Of a stretch of 64,000 nt of DNA, positions 39,571 through 52,384 are shown in pieces; positions within the stretch are counted from its first letter, which is position 1, and each line of letters starts with the position of its first letter. The stretch is from Utricularia gibba (lineage: Eukaryota > Plantae > Magnoliophyta), in contig NEEC01000026.1 in NCBI GenBank assembly GCA_002189035.1, positions 434,001 through 498,000 of the forward strand, in the 5' to 3' direction. The notes under the pieces are model-generated. The model searched no databases, was not told the DNA's origin, and saw only the letters and a program-made list of their open reading frames with translations. The position numbers and the translations under genes were made by a program.

Positions 39571-41249
39571 AAAGGAGCGGCCAAATATCCGTGAAGAGCT
39601 CTCTTTGATGACAGACATGAGTGGTGGCTCCTGTATCCACAACCCAAGTTGCATTGTTAAGCAATAGGGCATTATTTCCAGTACTTAAGAGATGAAGATG
39701 GTTGATTGCCTGCTTGATCAACTCGAAAGATCTAGTTTTACCTTCTAAATTGTTACACTCCTGCCCCTTTCCTTTCAACTCCATGATTTTTCGCAACTGG
39801 TTGTTCCAGATTTTGGGCCATTCATCTCCATGTTTTTCCTTGAAGAAATCCGATATCCCATGTATTAAGAAGTAGGTGTCTTGATTGTGTCCTCCAAGAA
39901 GAAAAAAATTGCATTTTTTATAAACTTTTGTTGTGGAAGGTGCTGTATCTTTGTGTTTGTCCAGAGTATTCCAACTTTGCTTCTTTATAATGTAAGGTGA
40001 TCTCTTATCCCTCCTTTGGAATGCCATAGCGCTATGCTACATCTTAGAGGTCATTAAATCATTGATTTGCTTTTTTTTTTTCTATGGTCAACACCATTTA
40101 AAGAACTTCACTCATACATGGGATATGGCGGCGCATAAGAGTGATTTGGGTATGAGTGACCTCAAATTCGAGATTGAGACCCATAAGAAAGTCCATAGTG
40201 AAGGTGGTTTTTAGCACATCTATAACTGGTATTTGAGCATCACAGCCACAAGTACACATCAGAGGTGGGAGAGCTGCAATGTAATCTTCCCAAAGCAACT
40301 TGCGCTTTGTGTAATAATCATGAACCGTCAAGCTTCCTTGTACCAAGTTTGCAAGATCCCGTTGCAGCTCATGTAGGAGAGGTCCATTACTACTTCCATA
40401 TTTTTCTTTAAGTTCCAACCAAAGCTCTCTGGAAGTTTCACAATTAATGAAGGAGGTATGAAGATCAGGGGAGATGGAACTCATGAGCCATGCTAGAACC
40501 ATGGCGTCTACCTGCATCCAATCATCATAATGTTTGGTGCTTTCGTTCGGCATCGAGAGTCTTCCGTCAATGAGTGCCATTTTCTTCTTTGCCTTGAGAG
40601 CAACCCGCACGCCTTTACACGAGAGGTTGTAATTTCTTGGTGTAAGGAGAGTAGTGAAAAGTGATTGGTTTGGGTTTTCTGACCCATGTAGCTTGATAAT
40701 GCTGGCAATAACTTCCTGAGAGATTATGGAGGAAGAACCAGAGGAGTGAGAGTTCTCACTTGATGGAGGATCATCACCGTCTATGGACTGATGGGGTTCA
40801 GAATGATTGTCTCCCATGTGTTTAGAGAGAACAAGGGGAAGATCAAATAACCTGCTGTGATACCATGACAAAAAAGAAGAAATTGCAAAAGATTGTAGAG
40901 AGGTTGAAAAACTCCATTCTATGTTTTGATTTTTCCAGAGATACATTTGTAACTTGTTACAATGAACTCTTATATAAAACGATTTTCATGGAAACCTCCA
41001 AGCAGGATATTTTGCTTCTTCTTCTTGTCAATCCCATTTGTCGCCTGTTCAGGTATGGAGCTGCTGGCCTTTCTTGCATGTCCAACTACACTAGCTACAG
41101 CACTTCATCTTGAATCAGAGACATTACTGTAGCTCGCAACAGTGGTGTGCTTCATCAGTTGGGACATGTAGGAGAAAAGAAGAAAGAAACATAGGAAGTG
41201 TAAGTTTCCACCCTATTATTGTCAAAAAGCATTGTATTTCTAGACGAAT

Positions 41250-42300
41250 TTGCTTAACATAAGATGTTTGGACACTTGTTGTACGAGGATATATAATTAT
41301 GACTAGTTATTATATTAACGAGAATTGGAGATTAGTTCACATATTTGAGAGGTACTCAAACGAAAAATATATATTGTATTGAGAAATAGATGAATAGATT
41401 TAAAAGTCATTTTTATCACAGTGGATAATATTTCATCTAATGATAGTGGGATCAAAATTTTAAAAGAAGGATTTTAAATGCAAAATAAATTACTATGCGA
41501 TAATCATTTTTTTCATATAAGATATGCTCATATATTGAACCAAGAAGGGTTGAAATTGATAAATATTGTTTTTAAGAAAAATAGAAATTCTGTTAAATAT
41601 GTGAGATCATTTCAAAGAGAATGTGAAAATTTGAGAAGTATATCTTGAATGAATACTTAGAAAATGTTAGTGGAGATTTATTAAAGTTGATGTATTAATG
41701 AGATGAAATTCATCATATTTAATACTATAAAATGTTTTAAAGTATTATCTTACAATTATTATATTATGCTATAATACTTAATATTTACATTGCTATTTTT
41801 TTATGATTAATAGAATTCCACATTGTTATCTTTAATTTAGTTGAATACTATACTTTAGTATATATATTTTTTCTTGTAGAACTGTAAGATTATTGGATTG
41901 AAATAAATTAATGGTTTTCCAGAAAAGGTAAGTGAGAACTTAATGCTTATTTGCACATGGAAAATCAGGAAGATAAATGTGAACAATATATATTTTGAAT
42001 ATAGAGAATGAGGATGATAATTTTAATGTAAATATTCTAGAATATTAAAAAAAGTACAATTATCATTTTTTTTTGAATTAGCAGTTATGATATCAAATAT
42101 TTTTAGCATTCCAATATCAACAATTGACTTGTAATTTATTTTTGGCATTAGAAGTCGTATTTCAATCAAGTATCGGAATGCATTATTTCTTGATATGATG
42201 CTATCTCTATTTTCATATATAATTGATTGTATGCATTCAATTAATTCGATGTTTCATGTAATCAATGATTATTAATATTTATTTTATTATTAATTGTATA
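41250..42300 (+). mobile_element. Degenerate hAT transposase remnant
   Basis: RICLT*DVWT..GYIIMTSYYINENWRL, FFHIRYAHILNQEGL and a decayed dimerization domain (IFSIPISTID..). Confidence 0.7.
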
Positions 42301-42556
42301 TTTTACATTGACTTTAGTTGTGCTAATAATTTTCTTTTGTTTTCATATGATTTAAATTCATTTTTTTGCTCTATATTAGTTTTACATAATTGAGAATTTA
42401 TATAAGTTAGATAGTAATTTTATTTTAGTTCATATTAATTATTTAGTTGATATTTATATTTATAATTAGTTATTTAATTTTATAAAATATTAAAAAAAAT
42501 ACTAGGCAGATTGATGGATACAACTCTCCTGATTTAATGAATAATTGGGTTAAAAT

Positions 42557-43107
42557 GATTAATTTCAAGGCTCTATAAGATGAGGCATATTGATCCTAGC
42601 CTGACGTTTGGAAAAATCCTTTAAGATTAATTTCAAGGCTCTATAAGATGAGGCATATTGATCCTAGCCTGACGTTTGGAAAAATCCTTTAAGATTAATT
42701 TCAAGGCTCTATAAGATGAGGCATATTGATCCTAGCCTGACGTTTGGAAAAATCCTTTAAGATTAATTTCAAGGCTCTATAAGATGAGGCATATTGATCC
42801 TAGCCTGACGTTTGGAAAAATCCTTTAAGATTAATTTCAAGGCTCTATAAGATGAGGCATATTGATCCTAGCCTGACGTTTGGAAAAATCCTTTAAGATT
42901 AATTTCAAGGCTCTATAAGATGAGGCATATTGATCCTAGCCTGACGTTTGGAAAAATCCTTTAAGATTAATTTCAAGGCTCTATAAGATGAGGCATATTG
43001 ATCCTAGCCTGACGTTTGGAAAAATCCTTTAAGATTAATTTCAAGGCTCTATAAGATGAGGCATATTGATCCTAGCCTGACGTTTGGAAAAATCCTTTAA
43101 GATTAAT
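42557..43107. repeat. Perfect tandem array: 8 copies of a 68-bp unit plus 7 bp
   Basis: Unit GATTAATTTCAAGGCTCTATAAGATGAGGCATATTGATCCTAGCCTGACGTTTGGAAAAATCCTTTAA starts at 42557 and recurs every 68 bp to 43100; no mismatches seen. Confidence 0.97.
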
Positions 43108-43285
43108 GTTGGACCACTTGGGTTGAGCTTAACATTTATCTTTAGCAACAATAATTTTTGTTATAAATCTCTAGAGAAATAATGTATGGGATAAAATGAG
43201 AGGTATTGATGTCTTTAAAGTCTTACATATTCGTTTGCCAATAGGAAGTTAAATATGATGCAGAGAAGATTGTTAAAAATATTAA

Positions 43286-46200
43286 GGCCATGTTTGGTAA
43301 TGGTTTTAGTAATATTGAGATAATTTATACCAGATAAAAATTATATAAATCTCCATTGTGTTTGGTAGTGTTGAATTCATGTGTTAGAATAAAATATCTC
43401 ACGAGTTGTTTGGTAGTCATAGATTGAATTATTTTTTACAAATTATGCAAAAAGATATTTTTGTCCTTCTATATTTTATTATCTGACTAGGGTTACTGAC
43501 TTCCTGAGTTAATCTTCTAGTTTCTGCATGAAATGAGCACCACCAACAAAAAAACAATAATAATCAATCAAAATGGAAACGGGGGTGGAGCATTGAAGAA
43601 GAATATCTTCTTATTATCTCTTTCAAATATATTATTGACAGTGGATGGAAGAATGAAAATGATTTCAGAAATGAGTATTATGTAGCTCTTGTGAAGATGA
43701 TGAAAACATACAAACTCACTTTCACTTTGACAGCTATTCCACATATTTCTTCAAAAATCAAGATCTGGAAAAAGGAATACTACATGATCATGGACATTCT
43801 TTCACAATCATAAATGGGTGGGAATAATGCAATAAGGATGTTAGAAGCACTGGCCCATATATGAGATGAATTGGCATTTTCTATGAAACTTCTTACTTTT
43901 GTTAGTTTTTGATTGTTGAGGATCTATTCTATTAAGGAATCATTGTTGATATGAATTGATTTAATCATATGATTTTTATAATTGTTTTAGAATCCATTCT
44001 ATGCTAGCTGTTACATTTTTTATATATTACTAGTTTTCAAGTGTCTATAAATGCTCGTGAGTGTTCGATTTTGTTTTTAGGCAACCATCAAGGGATTGAA
44101 GGGCTTGAAAAATAAGGTCTGGCCTTTTTATGAAGATTCAGTCGAGATTTTTGGAACAAATCATGCTACCAGAAAAGATGAAGTTGCTTATGAGAAAGAT
44201 GTCAACCGTGTATCTACTGAAGTTGAAGGCAATGACTATCAAGCCAATATGAACAATGAACCAGAACTACCAAGAACTCAAATACCAACTTTTGTTCCAA
44301 TTTCGGAAGTTGAATCGTCTACTCTTAATGTGCTCTTAATGTGCTACTACTGAGAATAGTGTAGGGTCACATAAGAGTAAATTTAACAAGAGACAAAGAG
44401 AAGATAAATTTATTAAAGACCTTATTGGGGAATTAAAAGCAATGGATAAGGGATTGGATACTATTGTGGAACTTATAGAACAAAAATTTGTGGCACCTAT
44501 TGATGCTCAATTAAAGTAACAAAATGAGGTTATATCCATCCTCCTTAAAATGTACATGTTACTAACATCTATTCAGATTACGAATTGTCTCAAATATAGT
44601 ATTACACAACTCTCATCATTTTTAATATTCTTATTGATATATAAGTAAATCAGTTTTCTTACGTTCATCTTCTATTGAAGATGCCTGTAGATATGTAATT
44701 GTTTTTGTGCCTCTCAGATGATGATCACAGAGGATTGATCCAACAACTTGTCAGGAAATAGGTTTGATCAATGGTGTAATAGTTTTTTGGGTATTATTAT
44801 TGGTTGTCACTCTTCAAGTGCACGTAAATGATCAGTTCATCCACCTTCTTAGATGCATCACAGGCATTAAGGCAGAAAATATCACAGCTTTGAAATCCTT
44901 TGATCATTCACACAGAGCTATCAATATAGATAATAACTTCACATGAAGTACATTGCTTACAAATATAAAAAAAGACCTTTCCACAATCACTTTTATTTAG
45001 AGGATGTTATTTAAATAATAATTAGAGTAATAATTTAGAATGAATTCTAAATTTTATTACTTTAAACCAAATAAAATTTCCTTTTTATTAGATGATTTAA
45101 TTAATAACATATTTAAATTATTTATATTTTAATAAAAATATATATATAATTATGATTAACATATTTTTAAATATTATTGTGTTAAATAGATATAGCTATT
45201 AAAAAAGTTAAATGGATACCCTCGTATAACTTGTATATTGAGGACTCCTTTAAATACTTTTGTGTGATAAAATATGATTTTTCTAAAGATGATGATACTA
45301 GGAGGGTGTGTTCTTTTTTTTTTTTTTTTGATTGTTGCATTCGGCATGAGATATGAGTACATTCATATCTTGATAGTTACTACTGATTGCACCAAATAGC
45401 TAGTAGTGTCAAGGGAAACTAATATTTATAAATATTAAATATAATATTAATATCACTCTTGCATATTTAAAAATAATAAAGTTTCAATCTTGGACATGAT
45501 AGTTAACAAAAGCACAAAAAAGGAATAACTATCTATTCCTATACCCATTCCACATAATTATTGCAAGCTCAACATAAAAGGTTTTAACAATTGTTATGAA
45601 CTCAACAGCCCCCTGCTCAGCAAATTCAGTAAAATTCTTTGACACTTTAACTTCCAAGGGATCATATGCCATAAAGCACAAGTTAGAATAATGTGACTTT
45701 GAGTTTGAACTAGATAGTAGGACGCTAATTGGAGAATGGCGCACCAAGCCTTTAAAATTCCTCATGCTTGCTCAATTACATTTCTCGCTGATGCATTCTA
45801 CATGTTAAACAACTCTTTCTCATTTTGAAGTGCTGAATTTCTCATATCCCATTCTTTTAAATCATAGAGTATATTTCGATATGGAGCTAGGAAGACATCA
45901 TAATTGGTGTAGCCATAATCACATAAACAATAGCAACTTGCAAACACAACATGAATATACATGGCAGGATGTTTTTCAAAATAGCCAAAAACATTGGAAA
46001 TTTACATATGGAAAAACCATTAAAAATCATACTAGCTTCACAACTAACAACTATGCACTTGTAGACCACCAACTTCCCTCAACAAAGCGCTTTTTAGTAT
46101 ACAACTATCAGCAACATATCCCTCACAATCAGCAAGCATGTAAATAAATTCATATTTTGATTACATACACCCAAGACATTGAAGGTTATTGTACCTGTCC

Positions 46201-48000
46201 AGGTTTGGTACTTTGCCTTATCACACTCATGCACCCACAACAATTCTACACATATTACAAACAATTAACAATTAATAGTTACTAAGATAAATATTGAATA
46301 ACCAAAAATTGAACTACTACCTCAAAGAAATGGAACCTTTGTGTGGCACTAGCAGTAGGGATAGGTTCATCCTTAACTAACATCTTAGCATGCAAGCATG
46401 AAGCAGCTGCAAGAACTGTCTTGAAGTGACAATTTAGATGTATATGAGAATCGGCATCGATGTCTTGAACCACGAGAATTGATGAGACACAATTTCCCAG
46501 AATTTTATAATACAAATAGTTATATTTTATTGTGGTTTAGGTTAGGTAAATGTAGTTTTTCATGTTTATGTGGTGTTTATGTTAATTTTATGTGATTATG
46601 TTGAAAAGTGGACTAAATCATTTGATTTAGTCCACCATCTTTGTGCTAATGTTTGACTGAGTTCAGCAAGGAGATCAGTAGAAAATCAGACTCAAAAACG
46701 TGTGGGACAAGTATAAAAGGGCACAGCAGCCTAAAAAGGACAAAGAGTACTGTTCTACCGCCTACAATCTGCAAGTTCAAGTCGAGAACAGTGCTGGTGT
46801 GAGGAACAGTGCGTGTGAGTAAAGGAGGAAAGATATTTTTCGAACCAAGGAAAAAAAACACAGAGACAACAGCGAGCAACAACGAGAGGAGCACAGAACA
46901 CACGCAAGGGGGCTTCTTCCCCAATGCAAAAAACACCAACAAGAAGAGGGGAAGAAGGCCTTCATCGTCAAGAGCAGCACCAGAGCCCAGTCCAGCGCTA
47001 TTGTTCCGGGCTGTGAACAGTAGCAATCAGGTGACAAAACAATCTTTATTTGCTTTCTGTTTTCTGAATGTTTGGAGTTTCTGTATTTGACTTGCTTACA
47101 ATGTTTCTGTTATTTTCACCAACTTATCTGAATGAAATCGCGTTTTATTTTCCAAGTATGAGTAGCTAAATTCTTAGGGATGCCTTAAGGTGAAGTGAGG
47201 AGGTGTGTGTTTAGGGTTAATAATGAAATTTATGTTTGTTCCTTAGCTCTTATTTCTATCAATCCATGAGTAGACCTAAGGAGGGAAACAAGTAGTTTCA
47301 AAACTTAGATGCTTGATTTAGAGGTAGACCAACAAATCAAGACGGGAGCAGTAAGTGTTAGTCTAGCGTAGAACCAGTAGAACCGGGTAGACCTAGTTCT
47401 ATATGCTTTGCATGTGGGTAGACCTAATTGCAATGTTGGTTATGATATTGGAGACTAGCTTAGCCGAAAATATGATGAATGACCTGGGTACACTTAGATT
47501 ATTTGAGGTTGTGAATGTAGGAACATGGTAAATTAAATTAGGAATCTTAGCATCACACCACCTGCAGACCCTTAAGGCATCTTCGTATTATTATGAGTTA
47601 GAATCAGTACTTGTTACCTTTCGAATTGAAACCTTGATCTTATTTACCGAATTTTTTCACCACTGTTGGTTCGAGCTTAGACTAAGACCATTGTTATTCT
47701 GAATTATGCATTTACTAAAACACTTAGCAAGCACAAGCTCTTCCTGATCGACCCCGAAATCCACTATACAAGTTTTCTAAATTTGTGTTTTGTGTAGATT
47801 AGGACTTATAAATATATTTGATACGGAAGTTTTTTTTTATTACAACGATATGCTAAAATTTCCGTTTATCAAGAATGTAGTTGGAGCAGCACAATAATTA
47901 CAATAACATTAGCAATTCTGAAAGTCCTTTGCAACAAATATGCCAAAAGCAATTACTAAGCATTCTCATCAATTGAATCCATAAAAAAAAATAGTTTTCC
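43286..48000. mobile_element. PIF/Harbinger element remnant: Myb/SANT ORF (+, about 43533-44520) and DDE transposase (-, about 45500-48000)
   Basis: TAA then TIR-like GGCCATGTTTGG at 43286; WSIEEE..GWKNEND..PHISSKIKIWKKEY..KGLKNKVWPFYED..IFG; minus-strand YLCDYGYTNYDVFLAPYR..ELFN..ARNVIEQ..GILK. The right TIR was not found. Confidence 0.8.
46480..47871 (+). mobile_element. Solo LTR (family B) inside the Harbinger transposase
   Basis: TGATGAG...TTTATCA; TSD AGAAT at 46475-46479 and 47872-47876. Confidence 0.88.
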
Positions 48001-48149
48001 TATAATTATTTCATGACATATAATAATTAATGCATGTAAGACTAGATGCTTATGCGAACACATAGGAGGAACAAAGCAAACAACTATAAAATAAAAAATG
48101 AATATGTTTGCATTATTAATGAAATTATTCTTTCATCTCCACTACTAAC

Positions 48150-48740
48150 CTTCGATTTTGATCTCTCCAAATGGGTAGAGGACACCAATTGAATACTTTA
48201 GCTGCGTTGCTGAACAATCTAAACGTGGATCATGATTACTTGAATTCAAGACCAAAATAGCAATCGGTGCAATGGGTTGACATAAAAAATTTTGCAAGTC
48301 AATGTAGAAAATTTCATAGGTTGAGGGAGAATTTTGCAGGTTAGGTGAGACAATCTAGCTAGGGTTGAAAAATAATTTTCCCCCAAATTTAATTGAAGAC
48401 AAGAGGTAGATGTGCTTAGGGATGACTTGGAGAATTAAGTACCATTCTTTGAAACCAATGTTCTTGGCACTCTGAATCTATAGATGAGATTTTCCGACAA
48501 GAATGTTTTTATAGTTTTTTTGGTGACAGATGCCGCACCTTTTGCCTCGATCCACTTGATGAAATATTCATTTGTATGTGAAATCGCCAATGATTAAGAT
48601 CCAATAGAAAGATCGCATGATATCAACCCTCCATCATTAAATGGACACGGAGGTGGCATGAATTTGTAATGGGACAACACAGGCCCTTGTTAGATTCTTC
48701 TGATAATCGCAAGTTTTACATTATTGGGCATACTCCTTAA
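48150..48740 (-). mobile_element. Degenerate Gypsy (Tat-like) integrase fragment
   Basis: The minus strand gives YFIKWIEAK..NLIYRFRVPRTLVSKNGT*F, resembling YFTKW.EA..RFG.P..LVSDNG.QF. Confidence 0.6.
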
Positions 48741-49143
48741 AAAGAGAGAAATTTCCCCTCATTGGATGCTTCGTGAACTCTTTGTAGAATTCATCAATTT
48801 CTTAGGGATCTACAGGAAAATCTTTTCTAGTATGTAGAATACGCCCTATTTTTCATGTTTTTTTTTTTCAAATCATCACTTGTTTGTTTTCTTATTGATT
48901 TTTTTATAAATTCATCGCTAAGTCATTAATGCTAAAAATATCATAAAAAATATTTGAAGGGAGAGTTGGATTAGATGAAATACAATAATATAAAGCGTAG
49001 TGTAGAAATTTTTCTTTTCATTCATTGATTGGGCTCTAATCCAATAAATAATTATTAGTTATAGGCATAAATACATTGTTTTAGAATGCAAAACCTGGTT
49101 CCTAAAAGGAGCCAGGGCCAGGGGTGAGATGACTCCTTTTCAT

Positions 49144-50553
49144 TCAGTCATCCAAAGGGTTAATGGTGTAATACGTCTGAAGATACGCCAAGACGAGTAG
49201 AAAAATCCCAACAAAAAGAGCGATGGCATTCCAAGGGCTGTGGAAGTATGTATGGATGAGTTCCGCCATCCATGTCTTGGCCTTGCTGTTGTAGTGCTCC
49301 TCAATCTTTCTCTTCACATCCTGGAAGATCCCCGCGTTCTCCATCCCGTAAGTGTGTATCTCATCGAACACTCTGAAAACCTCCCCGTCGCTTCCGAGAT
49401 TACTGATCAGGATCCTCTTCTCTCGCAGCTCCTTCACATCTTTGGGGTTGTGTATCAGAGATTTCATCAGGCTCACGTACGACGAGATGGCGTAATCCGT
49501 CACGTTGTTGGGGCAGATCTCAAATGCTATCAGGTTAGCTAACAGAACCTTGGTCTTGCTTGAAACGAACCGGACCGGCAGGCGGAGCACCGCGTAGAGA
49601 ATGCCGTAAGACTCGAAATCCACGTCTTTTAGACAGTAAGTGGAACTTGGTTTGAAGTAAATCCCATTTGCTTTGAGTTGCGTGACTGATCGTGAAGTGT
49701 AGATTGAATTCAGGGTATTTTCTTCTTCCTTGTGTTTCTGCTCGCTCATGTCCATCGTCCATGGCTTTGGCCAGGGAAACGTGCTTTGGATTCCTGGCGC
49801 TGGTTGTTTGGAGGAGGATTCTGGGCGCATTTCAGACACCAGCATTCTCCTCACTGCGTCCAGCAAATGAAGAGGCTGGTGTTGAGGTAGAGTGAGTCCT
49901 TGTTCCTCCTCCTTGTTACGGTGGATGCTGCTTCCTGTTCCTGTTCCTGTTCCTGTTCCATTAAAGGCCGAATATCTCAAGAACTTGTCAAGCAAGTCCC
50001 CCCCTTTCTTCCTTCCGAATCTGAGAGTGAGGAGCAGCGTGATAACCCGGAAAGGAATTTGATTCTCCAGCAAAAACATATCTCTATGAGCCAGGGAGAA
50101 GCCCATCATCCCCACGTAAAAGAGAGCATCCAAAAGCTTCTCAGAAGAGGACATGGCTTCCATATGGGACACTGCAAAGCAGCCATCGAGTAACATCATC
50201 TCCGCCAGGGCAGCGTCGCCGAATTCTTGGGTAGAAACGCCGCCGTCGTAACAGTCGCGGATCTCATCGATCTCGTACAGAATCCTGTTGTAGAAGTAGC
50301 GTTTGTCTTTCCCACTTTGAGAGAGGAAAACTTGAAATGCCTGTTTCTTGAAGGTTTCCCCAAGCTGGAGGTCCGGGTTGGCGTGGTGGAAGGGCCCTAA
50401 GGATACCACTTTTGGGTCGTAGTCGCTGCTCTGTTCCTCCTGACGCAGCAGCGCCGGTATCCTTCTAATCTTTGGGCGCCGGTGCCCGTGCTGCACTTGG
50501 CACAACTCTCCGGGGATCTCCACCATCATCTCCATCCAAAACCCCACCCACAC
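49144..50553 (-). CDS. DUF247 / UPF0481 (At3g47200-like) protein, intronless, C-terminal TM helix
   Basis: 469-aa ORF with YDPKVVSLGPFHH, EMMLLDGCF, DMFLLENQIPF, HLLD, SVTQLKANGIYF, NLIAFE, SYVSLMKSLI..KDVKELREK and YFHSPWNAIALFVGIFLLVL. The start may be a later Met. Confidence 0.93.
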   Translation of the reverse strand: MWVGFWMEMMVEIPGELCQVQHGHRRPKIRRIPALLRQEEQSSDYDPKVVSLGPFHHANPDLQLGETFKKQAFQVFLSQSGKDKRYFYNRILYEIDEIRDCYDGGVSTQEFGDAALAEMMLLDGCFAVSHMEAMSSSEKLLDALFYVGMMGFSLAHRDMFLLENQIPFRVITLLLTLRFGRKKGGDLLDKFLRYSAFNGTGTGTGTGSSIHRNKEEEQGLTLPQHQPLHLLDAVRRMLVSEMRPESSSKQPAPGIQSTFPWPKPWTMDMSEQKHKEEENTLNSIYTSRSVTQLKANGIYFKPSSTYCLKDVDFESYGILYAVLRLPVRFVSSKTKVLLANLIAFEICPNNVTDYAISSYVSLMKSLIHNPKDVKELREKRILISNLGSDGEVFRVFDEIHTYGMENAGIFQDVKRKIEEHYNSKAKTWMAELIHTYFHSPWNAIALFVGIFLLVLAYLQTYYTINPLDD

Positions 50554-52384
50554 CCAGCTTAGCTTAGCGGTAGTATGTATGTATTATCCTGATCATGTAA
50601 TGTGTTCGTGAGAAATTACATCATCCAGTTTACCCACTCCATTTCGATTTTCATCATATATGCTATCCTATCCTAATCATCATGTGTTTGTGAGAAGTTA
50701 CATCAGCCAATTTACCTACTCCACTCCTACTCCTAGTAAGTAGTAGGTGACAGTATAAATCACGCAAATCCAATGCCAAAATTCAAGTGGGCGCCTCCAT
50801 GTCAAGCAATTGGAACAGGGCATCAATCTTCATTCCCAGAATTCTGTGACTTTGTAAAATATTTTATTAACTTTATTAGTAAATATATATATCTATTTAA
50901 TTTTTTAAAAAATTATGAATCACAATCTTTTTTAAATAAAAAAATATCATAACCTATTTTAATATAAATTAACAATATTTACCGTAAATTAACAATATTA
51001 ACCTATGTCGGTAGCCCATATGGGCATGGATTCTGTACGTATCAAATTGCTTTTTGTAAAAACAAATAATTTTAAAAGAATTTATAAAATACTTTACTGT
51101 ATGTAACTTTATTCGTAAATTTACATATATACATAATTATTTAATTTTTCAGAAATTATGAATTATACTCTTTTTTGAATGAAAAATATTCTAACTTATT
51201 TTAATGTAAATTAACAATAATTGCAATTGAAAAATATTATACAGGATTGGATTACACCTCACCATTTATGGATGTAGATTATGCACTCGTACCAGATTCT
51301 TTTCTAAAAAAAGTAAAATTAATAAAAATTATAAAATATTTTCATATCATTAATAGTATTAATAATTTTATATGTAAATTAGTATTAAATAACATAATTT
51401 TACAAAAGAATATGATACAAGGGTAACTCCAGTAGCAGATTTCCCATAGCACCTCACATAGAGATATGGGTTATGCTATAACCCACAATTTCCAATAATT
51501 AAAGAATGATTCATTATTGAACGAAAATGATTTTTTTTTTGTTTAAAGAAATCTTGTTTTGTTTATCCAAATATGTTTTATTTATATGATTGATTTTTTA
51601 ACTAAATGATTCGTTTGTCTAAAATATTCATTTTTGATTTAATAAAATCTTTTTTTTGTTTAAAGAAATATTTTTTTATTTAGATAAATGATTATTATTA
51701 TTTATTTTTAAATTAAATAACTAGCTATCGTTTTTTTATATTTATTGGTAATATGATAGGGATATGATTATTATCAATAATATGACCTAAGAGTATTACA
51801 TTTCTAAAAATTAAATTTTATTTATATGAGAATCATAGGAAACTATCAATAATACGCTAGGCGGCATGCGGAGTTACATAGAACACGGTTTTCAACTCCC
51901 ACTTTACTCATTCAAGGAAATGGTACTAGAAGCGACGCGGCATGGGAATAGGAGGTAGACAAGTAGAGAAGAAAGTTAATACAATGCCATCAAACTTATT
52001 AGATCTTCCTCCAAGCATAGGAAGTCTATTTATTAGGTCATATCCTTTGAAATTTCTGCAATTACGTTTAGTCTATTTTGACATCATTGTACGGTCAATG
52101 AGGCTTTGGTATCTACTACTCTCCGTTTCATTTTTTTTTTTTTTTATGAATGTGCTTTGTAATGTTTAGGGTCATCCGTTTTGAAAACCAGTACAAACCT
52201 CTTATCTTCAAGAATTTGAAAGAAGTATGGGCAGTACGAACAGGCTACTTACAGATGACTTATTAAAAAAGGGATTCATTAACACAATGAGTCCTAGTTT
52301 ACTAACTTAGATTGCATATTATCTTTCTTATTCTACCCGGTACAAACCTCTTATCCTCGGTGTTTTAAACCAAAGAAACACTCA

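Larger units (their letters stand above)
33780..41157 (-). mobile_element. Ty1/Copia retrotransposon with both LTRs, degenerate gag-pol and nested insertions
   Basis: LTRs 33780-34068 and 40866-41157; PBS (reverse complement) 40854-40865; PPT 34069-34082; TSD GCTGG/GTTGG; gag HGSENP..NY..ALKAKKK, protease WVVDTGATTH, integrase VHMDILGP, RT DVNNAFLHG and YMDD, RNase H HERTKHIEIDCH. Confidence 0.93.

Noticed and set aside
42557-43107. CRISPR-like array
   Set aside because: The units are contiguous and identical with no spacers, there are no cas genes, and the context is a plant nuclear genome.
51850-52330. Possible organellar insertion with a short direct repeat (GTACAAACCTCTTATC)
   Set aside because: No recognisable plastid or mitochondrial gene; cannot be supported without BLAST.
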